Source: Chloroflexia bacterium (GTDB lineage: Bacteria; Chloroflexota; Chloroflexia; Thermomicrobiales; UBA6265). From it: DNA of 64,000 bases. The notes under the pieces are model-generated. The model was not told the origin of the DNA and searched no databases. It was given only the letters and a program-made list of their open reading frames with translations. The position numbers were made by a program, and so were the translations under genes. Location of the stretch: assembly GCA_013698305.1 (NCBI GenBank), contig JACCVC010000168.1:8737-72736 (forward strand), written 5' to 3'. Of this stretch, positions 17,123 to 29,038 are shown piece by piece (positions within the stretch are counted from its first letter, which is position 1; every line of letters starts with the position of its first letter).

Positions 17123-17821
17123 CTAGATCTGCTCGGCCATCAGCGCGCGCTTGACCTGCTCGATGGCGTCGGTGACCTTGATATCCCGCGGGCAGGCGTC
17201 GGTGCAGTTGAAGATGGTGCGACAGCGCCACACGCCTGACTGGCTGTTCAGGATGCGCAGGCGGTCGAGCGCGCCGCTATCCCGGCTGTCGAAGATGAAA
17301 CGGTGAGCGTTGACGATGGCCGCCGGGCCCACGAAGTCGTCGCTGGTCCAGGTCACCGGGCAGGCCGTGGTGCATGAGGCGCACAAGATGCACTTGGTGG
17401 TGTCATCGAAGCGGGCGCGTTCTTCTGGCGACTGGCGACGCTCGCCCGCGCTGGGAGCGTCGTCGGCGATCAGGTATGGCTTGATTGCCTTGTAGGAGTC
17501 GAAAAACGGCTCCATGTCGACCAGCAGGTCCTTCTCGATCTTGAAGCCGATCAGAGGTTCGATGGTGATGCGCTTGCCCAGGTCCTTCATGAGGATCTTG
17601 CATGCCAGCCGATTACGTCCATTGATGCGCATGGCGTCGGAGCCACAGATACCGTGGGCGCAGGAACGGCGATAGGTGAGGGTACCGTCGTGGATCCACT
17701 TCACCTGATTCAGCGCGTCGAGTACCCGGTCAGTGCCCTCGACATCGACCTGATACTCCTCGAAGTGGGGTTTCTCGTCCTGCTCCGGGTTGAATCGCTT
17801 GATACGTAACGTGACTTCCAC
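17123..17821 (-). CDS. sdhB: Succinate dehydrogenase / fumarate reductase iron-sulfur subunit
   Basis: All three cluster motifs are present: SCAHGICGSDAMRINGRNRLAC, CILCASCTTACP and CRTIFNCTDACP. GTG start. Confidence 0.95.
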   Translation of the reverse strand: MEVTLRIKRFNPEQDEKPHFEEYQVDVEGTDRVLDALNQVKWIHDGTLTYRRSCAHGICGSDAMRINGRNRLACKILMKDLGKRITIEPLIGFKIEKDLLVDMEPFFDSYKAIKPYLIADDAPSAGERRQSPEERARFDDTTKCILCASCTTACPVTWTSDDFVGPAAIVNAHRFIFDSRDSGALDRLRILNSQSGVWRCRTIFNCTDACPRDIKVTDAIEQVKRALMAEQI

Positions 17822-17851
17822 GGGATACCCCCCAGGTGACGATTTCGACCG

Positions 17852-19582
<1,731 letters not shown>

Positions 19583-19820
19583 CCAATGCTCCTTCGACAT
19601 AACGTGCTGTCGGCCCCTGGTCGGAAACCGGCTTGCGAGGTAGATCGCTCCGTCTGCTCCTATTGTATACCGGTCCCGTGGCGGCGCGGCGCAAAATCGG
19701 GCACTGGGCTGAAGATCTCCGCGTGTGCGAGTCCCGGTGATCAACGTGACTTCGGTATACTCATTCAGTCCGCGTATGCGAGCGACAGCTGTCGTTCGAT
19801 CGCCATTGGAGCACCCACCT

Positions 19821-20978
19821 GTGACCTATCTCACCTCGGAGTTTCGCGACCGTGTCTCAGCGGTGGCCTCGCGATATATAGAGCCCATAGCCGAACGCAC
19901 GACGCTCCTGACCCAGGTTTCTTCGCCGACAGGTGATGAAGCCGCGCGCGCGAAACTGCTTTCCGACATCCTTGCCGAGGAAGCGTACGAGTCTGTCGCG
20001 GTAGACGAGTTGAGCGATGTCACCGCGCGAATCGCAGGGGCGGACCGATCGAAGACATTGTTGCTGGCTGCCCACATCGACACTGTGTTTCCCCATTCCG
20101 CCGACGCGACGGTGAAGAGAGAGGGCAACCGGCTTCATGCGCCTGGAGTCGGCGACAACACGATCAGCGTCGCCGCCGTTACGCTGGTCAAGCGCCTGTT
20201 CGATGAGCTTGCAATCGTGCCCGAGGTGGACATTCTCGTAACGGGCAACGTTGGCGAAGAGGGGCTGGGCGATCTTCGTGGTATGCGGGCGGTTGTTGAC
20301 GCGCATCCGGAAATCGGTGGGGCTATCGCGCTGGAGGGCCACTCGCTCGGCAGCGTGACCCATGTCGGCGTCGGTTCCAGGCGACTCGAGGTGACGTTCA
20401 ACGGACCGGGAGGGCACAGCTGGGGCGCGTTCGGGCGGCCCAGCGCGATCCACGCCGCGGCCAACGCCGTGTCACGCCTGGACGGGATGGACCTGCCAAC
20501 AGATCCGAAGACGACGCTGAATGTCGGCATCTTCGAGGGCGGAATTAGCGTGAACACGATCGCGCCTCAGGCGCGGTTGGTGATCGATATGCGATCGGTC
20601 GAGCAGGCTTCGCTGGAAACCCTGGTGACGCGGGTTGATGGCGTACTGGCCGCGGCGGAATCGAGCGAAATCAAGGTTGACGTCAGGATCGTCGGTAATC
20701 GGCCGGCTGGACGCCTGCCACATGATACCGGTGTCGCTGGCGTGGCCGCCAAGGCCCTGTCGCTCCTTGGACTGGAGCCGATCTTTCACCCTTCCAGCAC
20801 CGACGCCAACATCCCGATCAGCCGAAACATCCCGTCTGCCTGCATTGGGCTGGCGGGTGGTGGGAACGTCCATCGGGAGGATGAGTTCATTGATCTCGAT
20901 CCAGTCCCGATCGGGTTGACACAATTGATCCTCGTCACTCTCGAATCCGCACGACAGCTACGCGCCGGAACGCTTTAA
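19821..20978 (+). CDS. M20-family metallopeptidase (ArgE/DapE/PepT-like)
   Basis: AAHIDTVFP and GVGDN metal-ligand motifs. GTG 19821 has GGAG 9 nt upstream and lies downstream of a TATACT box at 19756-19761. Alternative starts at 19776 and 19725. Confidence 0.85.
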   Translation: MTYLTSEFRDRVSAVASRYIEPIAERTTLLTQVSSPTGDEAARAKLLSDILAEEAYESVAVDELSDVTARIAGADRSKTLLLAAHIDTVFPHSADATVKREGNRLHAPGVGDNTISVAAVTLVKRLFDELAIVPEVDILVTGNVGEEGLGDLRGMRAVVDAHPEIGGAIALEGHSLGSVTHVGVGSRRLEVTFNGPGGHSWGAFGRPSAIHAAANAVSRLDGMDLPTDPKTTLNVGIFEGGISVNTIAPQARLVIDMRSVEQASLETLVTRVDGVLAAAESSEIKVDVRIVGNRPAGRLPHDTGVAGVAAKALSLLGLEPIFHPSSTDANIPISRNIPSACIGLAGGGNVHREDEFIDLDPVPIGLTQLILVTLESARQLRAGTL

Positions 20979-21027
20979 CCGACGATATTGCCCGGCAACG
21001 GTCGGGCCTGGAAAGCAACGCTCACTC

Positions 21028-23973
21028 ATGCAGCTGGCTCGTTCACGGTCCGCGCTCGCGGATCAGACATTCATCGCGCTGGACCTGGAAACCACTGGGC
21101 TCAATCGTTCCGTCGATGAGGTCATTGAAGTCGGCATCGTCACGTTCAATACCAGCGAAGTTCTGGATTCGTGGAGTTCGCTCGTTCGCCCATCAAAGAC
21201 GATCGGACCGGAGATCCAGCAACTCACCGGAATCGACCCCGCCGAGCTTCGCGCCGCGCCGCGCTTCGACGAGATCGAGCACATTGTCAGGGAAAAGATC
21301 GGTGCACACCCAGTGGTGGGTCACAACATCGCCTTCGACGTAGGCATGCTTGAGGCGGCCAAGGTGCGACTGGCGAATCGGCCAATTGATACCTACAGAT
21401 TGAGTGCGCTGTTCCTCTACCGGTTGCCTGCTTACAATCTGCAGCAGGTCGCCGGAGCGCTCGGCGTTTCAAGGGTGGATGCTCATCGAGCTTTAGGTGA
21501 CGCCGACGCCAGCCGCCGGGTGCTCCTGGCCATGATCCCGATCATTCAGCGCTACTCATCAACGACGCTTCGCCAGGCTGCGCGATATGCGGCGGGGGCC
21601 GGGTGGCCTGTATCCTGGCTGCTGCAGCTGCTATCCGAGGATGAAGCAGGCAGCCCGATCTTCCGGGCGGCGGACGATCCGGATTGGCTGGAGCCGGCGG
21701 AGACGCGGTTCCTGGCTCGGCTGCAACGTCCGGAACCGCTGCGGAAGACCGGAGTGACGACGCCGGTCGATCCCGACGACGTGGTGGAGGCGATGACTCC
21801 TGGCGGCGTGTTGGGCGATGTGCTCGATCACTTCGAGAAGCGACCCGGCCAGATCGAGATGGCCCAAGCGGTCACGGAGGCGCTGAATCAGGATCAACAC
21901 CTGATGGTCGAGGCGGGCACAGGTACAGGCAAGAGCATGGCGTATCTGCTTCCCGCTGCGCTCCACGCGATAAATCGCGGCGAGCGAGTCGTCATCTCAA
22001 CCGACACGCGGGCATTGCAGGAGCAGCTGTATCAGAAGGATGTTCCTGATGTGCAGACGGCGGTTGACCGGCTTGGCATCCCGGAGCATGTCCGGGCGTC
22101 TGTGCTGAAAGGCCGAAGCAACTATATCTGTCTCCGGCGGTGGTTCACGCATGAGCGGCGAGAAGCCGGTGACCAGAGCGAAGCGTCGATGCGGGCCAAG
22201 GTGACGTTGTGGCTGGACGAAACCGTCACTGGCGACCAGGCAGAACTTCGGCTTGATCCGCAGGAACGGTCCCACTGGCGGTACGTGGGCGCTGATGAGG
22301 ACGCTTGTGTCGCCAACCAGTGCCCGTACAATCAGAAGAACCAGTGCTTCCTCTACCGGGCGAGGAGGTCGGCGGAGAATGCACACATCGTTGTCTCAAA
22401 TCACTCGCTGCTGCTGGCGGACACCGCACACAAGGTGTTGCCGGAGTTCGACCGCCTGATTGTTGATGAAGCCCATCATTTGGAGGACGAGGCGACCAAG
22501 CACTTCGGCTACCTCATCGACCAGCGCGTGCTGGAGACGATTCTCGACGCGCTGGCGTCGGGTGGACGCCGATCCAGTTCCCGCGGGACGCTCGACCAGA
22601 CCGACCAGTTTCTCACCTCCTCGGTGGAGCCAGTCGCCAGGAAGGTGGCGCCGGAAGCGCGGGAGCGAATCCATGCGTCGACCACTGGTCGGGCCCGATT
22701 GCTGGCAGTGAACCTGGAACTGTTCAGTCGGGTTGACAAGATGTTGCGGGACCAGCGATCGGGCGGTGCGTACGGATCGTCGGTACGCGTGACCAGCTCG
22801 GTACGGGCTCGGCAGGATTGGCTGGAAATCGAGCAACTCTGGGAACAGCTCGATCGAGGGCTTTACGAGCTGGAGGCTCTTGTTCTCTGGCTGGTCGAAC
22901 AACTCGAGCGAATGCCAGATGCCAAGGATCAGGCCGATAATCCGGCCACGCTGATTCGCGAAGAGCTCTGGCTGGAGTTGGTGTCTCGGGGACGAGAGGT
23001 TCGGGAGTTGCGGCAGCGTCTGGGAGCGGTGGTCGCGAGTCCGCAGGATGACACGATCTACTGGATCGAACAGCACGGTCAACAGCGGTCACCGACGTTT
23101 CAGGCAGCGCCGTTGTACGTCGACGAGTTACTGCAGGAGCGCCTGTTTAACAACATGCGCACGGTGGTGGCGACCTCGGCGACGCTGTCCATCGACGGAA
23201 GCTTTGATTTCATGGCGAGCCGGATCGGCATGCGGGACGCGGATGTGGTGGCGATCGGATCGCCATTCGACCATGAGGCCTCGACACTGTTGTTTCTGGC
23301 TGACGACATGCCCTTCCCGTCGGACGGCTCGGCATATCAGCATGCGCTCAACGAGTCGGTGATCGGGCTTTGCCGAGCGACGAAGGGGCGGGCACTGGTG
23401 CTGTTCACGTCGTACGCCTCGATGCGGGCGACCTACGAAGCGATCAAGCCCGCGCTCGCGCAGTCCAACATCGCGGTGTACGCGCAGGGGATCGACGCCA
23501 ACGCCAAGGCGCTGGTCGATCGGCTCAAGGCGACTGAGCGGAGCGTGATTCTCGGAACCGCCTCGTTCTGGGAGGGCGTTGACGTCCCCGGCGACGAATT
23601 GAGCGCGCTGATCATCACCAAGCTTCCGTTCCCGGTCCCGAGCGACCCGGTGTTCCAGGCGCGGGGCGAGTTGCTGGACAACGAGTTCATGGAGTTGTCG
23701 GTGCCGAAGGCGGTGCTGAAGTTCAAACAGGGGTTCGGGCGGTTGATCCGGCGCACGTCGGATCGAGGCGTGGTGGCGGTGCTCGACCGACGGGTGATCG
23801 CCAAGCGCTATGGCGCCCACTTCCTTCAATCGCTACCGCCCACCACGCAGCGAATCGCCAGCCGGCGCGACTTGCCCGAGTACGCACAAGCCTGGTTGGC
23901 GGGAGAGCCACTTCCGATGCTTTCGGATTTCTTTGCGGATGAGTACGACCCATACGAAGGAGTGTGGCCTTGA
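21028..23973 (+). CDS. dinG: DnaQ-like 3'-5' exonuclease fused to a DinG-family ATP-dependent DNA helicase
   Basis: The N-terminus has ExoI/II/III-like motifs (ALDLETTGL, VGHNIAFD, HRALGDA). It is followed by helicase motifs (EAGTGTGKS, DEAHHLE), an Fe-S-type Cys cluster (C..C..C..C around residues 370-450) and C-terminal TASFWEGVD. Confidence 0.9.
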   Translation: MQLARSRSALADQTFIALDLETTGLNRSVDEVIEVGIVTFNTSEVLDSWSSLVRPSKTIGPEIQQLTGIDPAELRAAPRFDEIEHIVREKIGAHPVVGHNIAFDVGMLEAAKVRLANRPIDTYRLSALFLYRLPAYNLQQVAGALGVSRVDAHRALGDADASRRVLLAMIPIIQRYSSTTLRQAARYAAGAGWPVSWLLQLLSEDEAGSPIFRAADDPDWLEPAETRFLARLQRPEPLRKTGVTTPVDPDDVVEAMTPGGVLGDVLDHFEKRPGQIEMAQAVTEALNQDQHLMVEAGTGTGKSMAYLLPAALHAINRGERVVISTDTRALQEQLYQKDVPDVQTAVDRLGIPEHVRASVLKGRSNYICLRRWFTHERREAGDQSEASMRAKVTLWLDETVTGDQAELRLDPQERSHWRYVGADEDACVANQCPYNQKNQCFLYRARRSAENAHIVVSNHSLLLADTAHKVLPEFDRLIVDEAHHLEDEATKHFGYLIDQRVLETILDALASGGRRSSSRGTLDQTDQFLTSSVEPVARKVAPEARERIHASTTGRARLLAVNLELFSRVDKMLRDQRSGGAYGSSVRVTSSVRARQDWLEIEQLWEQLDRGLYELEALVLWLVEQLERMPDAKDQADNPATLIREELWLELVSRGREVRELRQRLGAVVASPQDDTIYWIEQHGQQRSPTFQAAPLYVDELLQERLFNNMRTVVATSATLSIDGSFDFMASRIGMRDADVVAIGSPFDHEASTLLFLADDMPFPSDGSAYQHALNESVIGLCRATKGRALVLFTSYASMRATYEAIKPALAQSNIAVYAQGIDANAKALVDRLKATERSVILGTASFWEGVDVPGDELSALIITKLPFPVPSDPVFQARGELLDNEFMELSVPKAVLKFKQGFGRLIRRTSDRGVVAVLDRRVIAKRYGAHFLQSLPPTTQRIASRRDLPEYAQAWLAGEPLPMLSDFFADEYDPYEGVWP

Positions 23974-24956
23974 GCGGAACCATAAGCAGAAATCTCTCAC
24001 TTGAGCTGGTGCGTGTCACCGAGGCGGCGGCGCTGATGGCCGGGCGCTGGATGGGGCGTGGCGAGAAGGAGGCGGCCGACGGCGCGGCGGTCGATGCGAT
24101 GCGTCAGGTCCTGAACACCATCGAGATGGAAGGCATCGTGGTCATTGGCGAGGGGGAGAAGGACGAGGCGCCGATGCTGTACACCGGCGAACGAGTCGGG
24201 TGCGCGGACCAGCCCAAAGTGGACATCGCCGTCGATCCAGTTGAAGGGACGCGCCTGCTCGCACAGGGGATGCCGAACTCGATTGTGGTGCTGGCGGTGG
24301 CCGAACGAGGAACGCTCTACATGTGGCAGGACATCGCCTACATGGAGAAGATTGCGGTCGGTCCTGACGCGGCGGGAGCAATCGATATCGAGGCCCCGGT
24401 TGAGACCAATCTCGTGCGGGTGGCCGCGGCCAAGGGAGTTGACGTCTCGGACCTGACCGTGGTGATACTGGATCGTCCACGGCACGAGGAGATCATCCGA
24501 CGGGTGCGAGAAGCGGGAGCCCGGATGAAGCTGATCATGGATGGCGATGTGGCCGGTGGGCTGATGGCGGCGATGCCTGGAACCGGGATCGACTTGTTGA
24601 TGGGCGTTGGGGGATCACCGGAAGCGGTGATCACTGCCTGTGCGTTGCGTTGCGTGGGAGGTGACATGCAGACGCGCCTGTGGCCACGAAACGACGACGA
24701 GCGCCAGGCGCTTGTCGATCAGGGGCTGGATCAGTCGCGGGTGTACAGCATCGACGACCTGGTGACGTCCGAAGACGTCTTCTTCGTCGCCACTGGCATC
24801 ACTGATGGCGAGTTGCTGAAGGGAGTGCATTATTTCCCCGATGGAGCGACCACGCACTCGCTGGTGATGCGGGAGCGATCCGGAACGGTTCGATATATCG
24901 AGTCAACGCACCGCTTGAGCAAGCTCAGGGATCTCACCAATGTCCCGTTTGACTAG
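23970..24956 (+). CDS. glpX: Fructose-1,6-bisphosphatase class II
   Basis: LELVRVTEAAALMAGRWMGRGEK...VIGEGEKDEAPML is canonical GlpX. TTG 23970 lies 7 nt after GAAGGAG. The in-frame GTG 23964 is the alternative. Confidence 0.9.
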   Translation: MSGTISRNLSLELVRVTEAAALMAGRWMGRGEKEAADGAAVDAMRQVLNTIEMEGIVVIGEGEKDEAPMLYTGERVGCADQPKVDIAVDPVEGTRLLAQGMPNSIVVLAVAERGTLYMWQDIAYMEKIAVGPDAAGAIDIEAPVETNLVRVAAAKGVDVSDLTVVILDRPRHEEIIRRVREAGARMKLIMDGDVAGGLMAAMPGTGIDLLMGVGGSPEAVITACALRCVGGDMQTRLWPRNDDERQALVDQGLDQSRVYSIDDLVTSEDVFFVATGITDGELLKGVHYFPDGATTHSLVMRERSGTVRYIESTHRLSKLRDLTNVPFD

Positions 24957-25004
24957 CCCGGTGAGCACTTCAGCCGCGTGGCGACGTTCGACCAACGCGC
25001 CCGG

Positions 25005-25034
25005 TTGACGTTGATTGCCGCGTGGTGGTACATT
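25005..25034 (+). promoter_or_regulatory. Candidate promoter for rho
   Basis: TTGACG (25005-25010), 18-nt spacer, extended -10 TGGTACATT (25026-25034). About 350 nt upstream of the rho start. Confidence 0.3.
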
Positions 25035-25386
25035 CTAAGGTGACGACGTGGCAACAATACGCCTATCCTCAACGTGCCAGTCGTTTCGTACCCACATGAG
25101 CACACAAGCAAGAGCGATTTCCAATCTGAGATGACATGATGCATATTGCTGTGTCTCCTTGCCGAGTGAAGTAGCTCCATGATCGCTGTTGCGACGAAGC
25201 TCTTCCGATTGTCATAGGGCAATCGGCCCTCATCCGCCAACACCAGGTGGCCGTCGTATCCATCGCCCTATCCTTGAAATTCTGAGAACCATCATTCAGT
25301 GCCAGTTCGCCGCTGTGCGGCAATATTGACCGGCATCCCACCCGGACCAATCACTGGCGCCCTGCCCAACATCGGAGGATGTTATT

Positions 25387-27030
25387 TTGAGCGTTGACGA
25401 AGCCATAACCGAAGCCCCCGCCGCCGAGGCTGAAGAGAAATTTGCCCGGAAACCACGAGTGTCCCGGAGCCGACGGATGGTCGCAAGAGAGCCGGACGCA
25501 GCCGCCGGAACCGAGAACGATCTCGTCGCCGATGGCAATCCGGCAACGGACGATGAGTCCGCTGCCCCCACGACCATGGTCACCGCCAACGGATCGGACG
25601 GTGGAGCTTCGACAGAAGCGGCAGCGCGAGACGAGGACGATCGGCAGGTGGCGTCACTAAACGGCGCATCCAACCGGCGTGGGCGAGGCAAGAACCGGCG
25701 TCCTCGGAAACAGGATCAGGACGAGGCGGAGACCAGGGAATCGCAGCGGGAAGTTCGCAACGCTACCCACATTCCGAACCGATTGTCGGTTGGCGATCTC
25801 AATGAGAAGAGCGACGAGGATCTGTGGCAGCAGGCTCGGGAGTTCGAGGTATCCGGCTACATGCGGATGCGCCGGCCGGATCTTGTCACAAAATTGCTGC
25901 AAGCCCAGACTGAAAGAGCGGGGCACAAGTTCGGTGATGGAGTGCTCGAGATCATAGAGGACGGGTTTGGCTTCCTGCGGGGTACCAGGTTCCTGCCTGG
26001 TCCCAACGATATCTACGTGTCGCAGTCGCAGATTCGACGATTCGGCCTGCGAACTGGCGACAGGGTGAGCGGTCAGGTGCGACCACCCAAGGACAACGAG
26101 AAGTTCTTCAGCCTGCTCAGGGTCGAGGCGGTCAATGGGATTGATCCCGAGACGGCGCGGCGACGTCCGTCGTTCGACACGTTGACGCCGATCTTTCCCC
26201 TGGAGCGAATCGAACTCGAAACCCAGCCCAACGTGCTTTCCACCCGGTTGCTGGACATTGTCGCGCCGATCGGGAAGGGGCAACGCGGCCTGATCGTCTC
26301 GCCTCCCAAGGCTGGCAAGACGCTGTTGCTCAAGGCGATCGCCAACGGCATTACCGCGAATAGCCCAGACATGCACCTGATGGTCTGTCTCATCGGTGAG
26401 CGACCTGAAGAGGTGACGGACATGCGCCGCTCGGTCGATGGCGAGGTCATCTCGTCGACATTCGACGAGCCGGTTGAGGATCACACCAAGGTGGCAGAGA
26501 TGGCGCTGGAGCGCGCCAAGCGGCTGGTCGAGAGCGGGCGTGACGTGACGATTCTGATGGATTCGATCACCCGCCTGGCACGCGCCTACAACCTAGCGGT
26601 GCCGCCGAGCGGGAGGACGCTGTCGGGTGGTATCGATCCGGTGGCGCTTTACCCGCCCAAGCGATTCTTCGGCGCCGCCCGGAACATCGAGGGAGGCGGC
26701 AGCCTGACGATCGTGGCGACCTGCTTGATCGACACCGGCAGCCGCATGGACGACGTGATCTACGAGGAGTTCAAGGGCACAGGAAACATGGAGCTCCACC
26801 TGGACCGCAAGCTTGCAGAGCGCCGGATCTACCCGGCGATCGACATCCAGCGATCCAGCACGCGTCGTGAAGAGCTCCTGCTCAGCGATGAAACGCTCCG
26901 ACAAGTTTGGACGATGCGGCGCATGGTCTCGATGCTGGGAGGCAGCGAAGGTACCGAGCTTGTGCTGAGCCGGCTTTCCAAGACCGACAAGAATGCGGAC
27001 TTTTTGCAGACGTTGCACAAGGAAATGTAG
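25387..27030 (+). CDS. rho: Transcription termination factor Rho with about 132-aa charged N-terminal extension
   Basis: Canonical Rho from about residue 133 ([10 protein letters not shown]...[16 protein letters not shown], Walker A PPKAGKT, R-loop). TTG 25387 is preceded by GGAGGA. Confidence 0.95.
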   Translation: MSVDEAITEAPAAEAEEKFARKPRVSRSRRMVAREPDAAAGTENDLVADGNPATDDESAAPTTMVTANGSDGGASTEAAARDEDDRQVASLNGASNRRGRGKNRRPRKQDQDEAETRESQREVRNATHIPNRLSVGDLNEKSDEDLWQQAREFEVSGYMRMRRPDLVTKLLQAQTERAGHKFGDGVLEIIEDGFGFLRGTRFLPGPNDIYVSQSQIRRFGLRTGDRVSGQVRPPKDNEKFFSLLRVEAVNGIDPETARRRPSFDTLTPIFPLERIELETQPNVLSTRLLDIVAPIGKGQRGLIVSPPKAGKTLLLKAIANGITANSPDMHLMVCLIGERPEEVTDMRRSVDGEVISSTFDEPVEDHTKVAEMALERAKRLVESGRDVTILMDSITRLARAYNLAVPPSGRTLSGGIDPVALYPPKRFFGAARNIEGGGSLTIVATCLIDTGSRMDDVIYEEFKGTGNMELHLDRKLAERRIYPAIDIQRSSTRREELLLSDETLRQVWTMRRMVSMLGGSEGTELVLSRLSKTDKNADFLQTLHKEM

Positions 27031-27053
27031 CGCTGTAGTCTCTTTGACGACAC

Positions 27054-27094
27054 GAAACCGCCCGGAGGAACAATTCTTTCTCCGGGCGGTTTCA
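27054..27094. terminator. Bidirectional terminator-like hairpin between rho and the convergent methyltransferase gene
   Basis: 14-bp stem GAAACCGCCCGGAG / CTCCGGGCGGTTTC with a 12-nt loop. T/A runs are part of the stem ends. Confidence 0.65.
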
Positions 27095-27116
27095 TGTCGA
27101 TGGCAGGTTCATGGAG

Positions 27117-27749
27117 TCATGGCCGGACCGGCTTCCGGGCAACGACCCACAGAAATGGGACGCCCTCACCATCTTCCTCAGCGACCTCGACAGATGCAGT
27201 CACAACCTGCAAGCCAGCTTGCTCTACGAATCTCCTGTTTGTCTCAGCGTCAAAGTGGCTGAAGTACATCGGTGCCCCCAGCCATTCCTCCTCGACATCC
27301 CCCGCCGACTGCTTTGCCCCCATAGACGCCACAAGGAGCCCACCAGGACGGAGCCACCGCACGATCGAGTTGAGCAGCTTTTGGTGTTCCTCCCGTGGTA
27401 CGTGGGTGATCGCGTAGAAGGCGGCTACACCGTCGAAACTGGAGGGCGACAGATTCAGCGTCGTCATGTCCGCATGGACGAAGTTCACATCAGGTAGATG
27501 CTGCCTGGCGAGTCCGATTTGCTGTCCGGAGATGTCCACTCCTGTGACATGGAAGCGTTCGGCCAGTCGCCTGGTGGTCGGGAGGCCGGAACCGCAACCC
27601 AGTTCGAGAATTTCCGCACTCTCTGGCAAGCTCTCAAGCAGGACATTGGTGTAGTGCGCCCGCTCCTCAACCCGGACGCTGGGCGCCCACTCGGCATACC
27701 GCGCCGCGATTTGATCATATCCCTGTGCGACGATCTCTTTGGGGTCCAT
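27117..27749 (-). CDS. Class I SAM-dependent methyltransferase
   Basis: SAM-binding motif I ILELGCGSG and post-I/II motifs. Start trimmed to ATG 27749 (MDPKEIVAQGYD). Confidence 0.85.
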   Translation of the reverse strand: MDPKEIVAQGYDQIAARYAEWAPSVRVEERAHYTNVLLESLPESAEILELGCGSGLPTTRRLAERFHVTGVDISGQQIGLARQHLPDVNFVHADMTTLNLSPSSFDGVAAFYAITHVPREEHQKLLNSIVRWLRPGGLLVASMGAKQSAGDVEEEWLGAPMYFSHFDAETNRRFVEQAGLQVVTASVEVAEEDGEGVPFLWVVARKPVRP

Positions 27750-27799
27750 CACGAGTATGTCCCTGCACAATCACGCCGGCTGTTCGGTTGTACTTGCCC

Positions 27800-28747
27800 T
27801 CAAGTGCCAGGCACAGAAATATGCATACGCTGGCGTTCCTCCGGTTCGTCCATGTCCTCGCGCATGACGACGTAGGTCTTGCCGACCGCCGTTGATGCCG
27901 CACCAGGATTGCCGTCCTTGTCGAGCGCCACGATGTTCATTTCGCTTTTGTACGGGTCGTCGAGGTGTGCGAGGTCGTTCATTGCTTGCTCCAGGGCCGC
28001 TTCAAGCGACATGCCGAAGCGCATGAACGTCACCACGCTGTGGGCGGTCAGGCAGCGCTGCGCCATCTCGCCTCGACCGGTGCAGGCGGCGGCGCCCCAG
28101 CGGTTGTCGGCATAGTTGCCGGCGCCGATGATCGGGGAATCACCGAGCCGTCCCGGATACTTCCACGCCCAACCGGATGTCGAAACGGCGGAGGCGATGT
28201 TGCCGTCGCGATCACGGGCAATGAAATTCACGGTGCCGTGTGGAATCTCGCCGATGCTGGCGAAATCGGCATCACTGGCGTTGGCGGCGACAAGCTCGCT
28301 GACCCGTGACATATAAGAGGCGTCTCGATCCCTGGGGTCACCCAATCGCTTTTTCCAAATGGCCTCTGCCTCGGGCGTGAGGATATCTCGCTGCTCAAAG
28401 CCAAGCTCTTCCGCGAGTTGCCGAGAGCCATCACCCGCGATCAGGACATGCGGCAGCGTCTCCATCACCTTGCGGGCAAGGTCGACGGCATCCTGATAGC
28501 CCTGGAGCGCACCGACCGCTCCGGCCTTGAGGCCAGCGCCTTCCATCACGCTTGCGTCGAGCTCTACGTCACCCAACATGTTGGGAAGTCCGGAGTAGCC
28601 GACGGTATGATCGTCAGGATTGGCCTCGACAAGCCGCGTGCCGGCGATGACGGCATCAAGCGCCGATCCGCTCTGGCGCAGTACGTCAACGGCCGCTGGC
28701 AGCCCGATATGGCCATTGGCGGACGCGACGACTATTCCCTGATCCAT
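27800..28747 (-). CDS. Ntn-hydrolase of the asparaginase-2 family (isoaspartyl peptidase / L-asparaginase / glycosylasparaginase-like)
   Basis: Autoprocessing-site-like HG|TVNFIARD and the downstream GRLGDSPIIGAGNYA...AACTGRGE motif are typical of plant-type asparaginases. Confidence 0.85.
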   Translation of the reverse strand: MDQGIVVASANGHIGLPAAVDVLRQSGSALDAVIAGTRLVEANPDDHTVGYSGLPNMLGDVELDASVMEGAGLKAGAVGALQGYQDAVDLARKVMETLPHVLIAGDGSRQLAEELGFEQRDILTPEAEAIWKKRLGDPRDRDASYMSRVSELVAANASDADFASIGEIPHGTVNFIARDRDGNIASAVSTSGWAWKYPGRLGDSPIIGAGNYADNRWGAAACTGRGEMAQRCLTAHSVVTFMRFGMSLEAALEQAMNDLAHLDDPYKSEMNIVALDKDGNPGAASTAVGKTYVVMREDMDEPEERQRMHISVPGT

Positions 28748-28748
28748 G

Positions 28749-29027
28749 CTAGTTGCTCCGGCTTGTCACGCGAATCTCGTAGCCGGCGTTGCTCAACGCC
28801 TCGTCGAGCTCGTCGTTGGACGGTTCCACAAGGACGGCTTCGCCAATCAGGATCGTTGGGACGCGGCGCTGACCGGTCATCTCTTCGACCGTAGTCGCCG
28901 CCATGTCGTAAGATTCGATGTCAAATTCGGTCCAGGCCAGGTTCAGCTCGCTGAGTCGTTCGCGGGACCGGGTCACATCCGGACACGGTCGTTCGCGGGC
29001 ATACATCACGATGTGGGAGGGTGGCAT
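28749..29027 (-). CDS. Glutaredoxin/NrdH-like thioredoxin-fold protein with a single-Cys CPDV site
   Basis: 92 aa. Beta1-active-site pattern IVMYARERPCPDV and cis-Pro motif RVPTILIG. Strong AAGGAG RBS. 1-nt gap to the next gene. Confidence 0.7.
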   Translation of the reverse strand: MPPSHIVMYARERPCPDVTRSRERLSELNLAWTEFDIESYDMAATTVEEMTGQRRVPTILIGEAVLVEPSNDELDEALSNAGYEIRVTSRSN

Positions 29028-29038
29028 GGTGTTTCTCC

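Noticed and set aside
15970-17126. 379-aa minus-strand and 246-aa plus-strand ORFs
   Set aside because: They run across the ferredoxin gene, the SRP RNA, its terminator and the 149-aa membrane gene. The SRP RNA identification explains the region.
24953-25350. 96-aa and 93-aa minus-strand ORFs in the glpX-rho gap
   Set aside because: They have no RBS, their sequences are not protein-like (Cys/His/Arg/Ser-rich), and they overlap each other. I interpret the region as the rho 5' leader.
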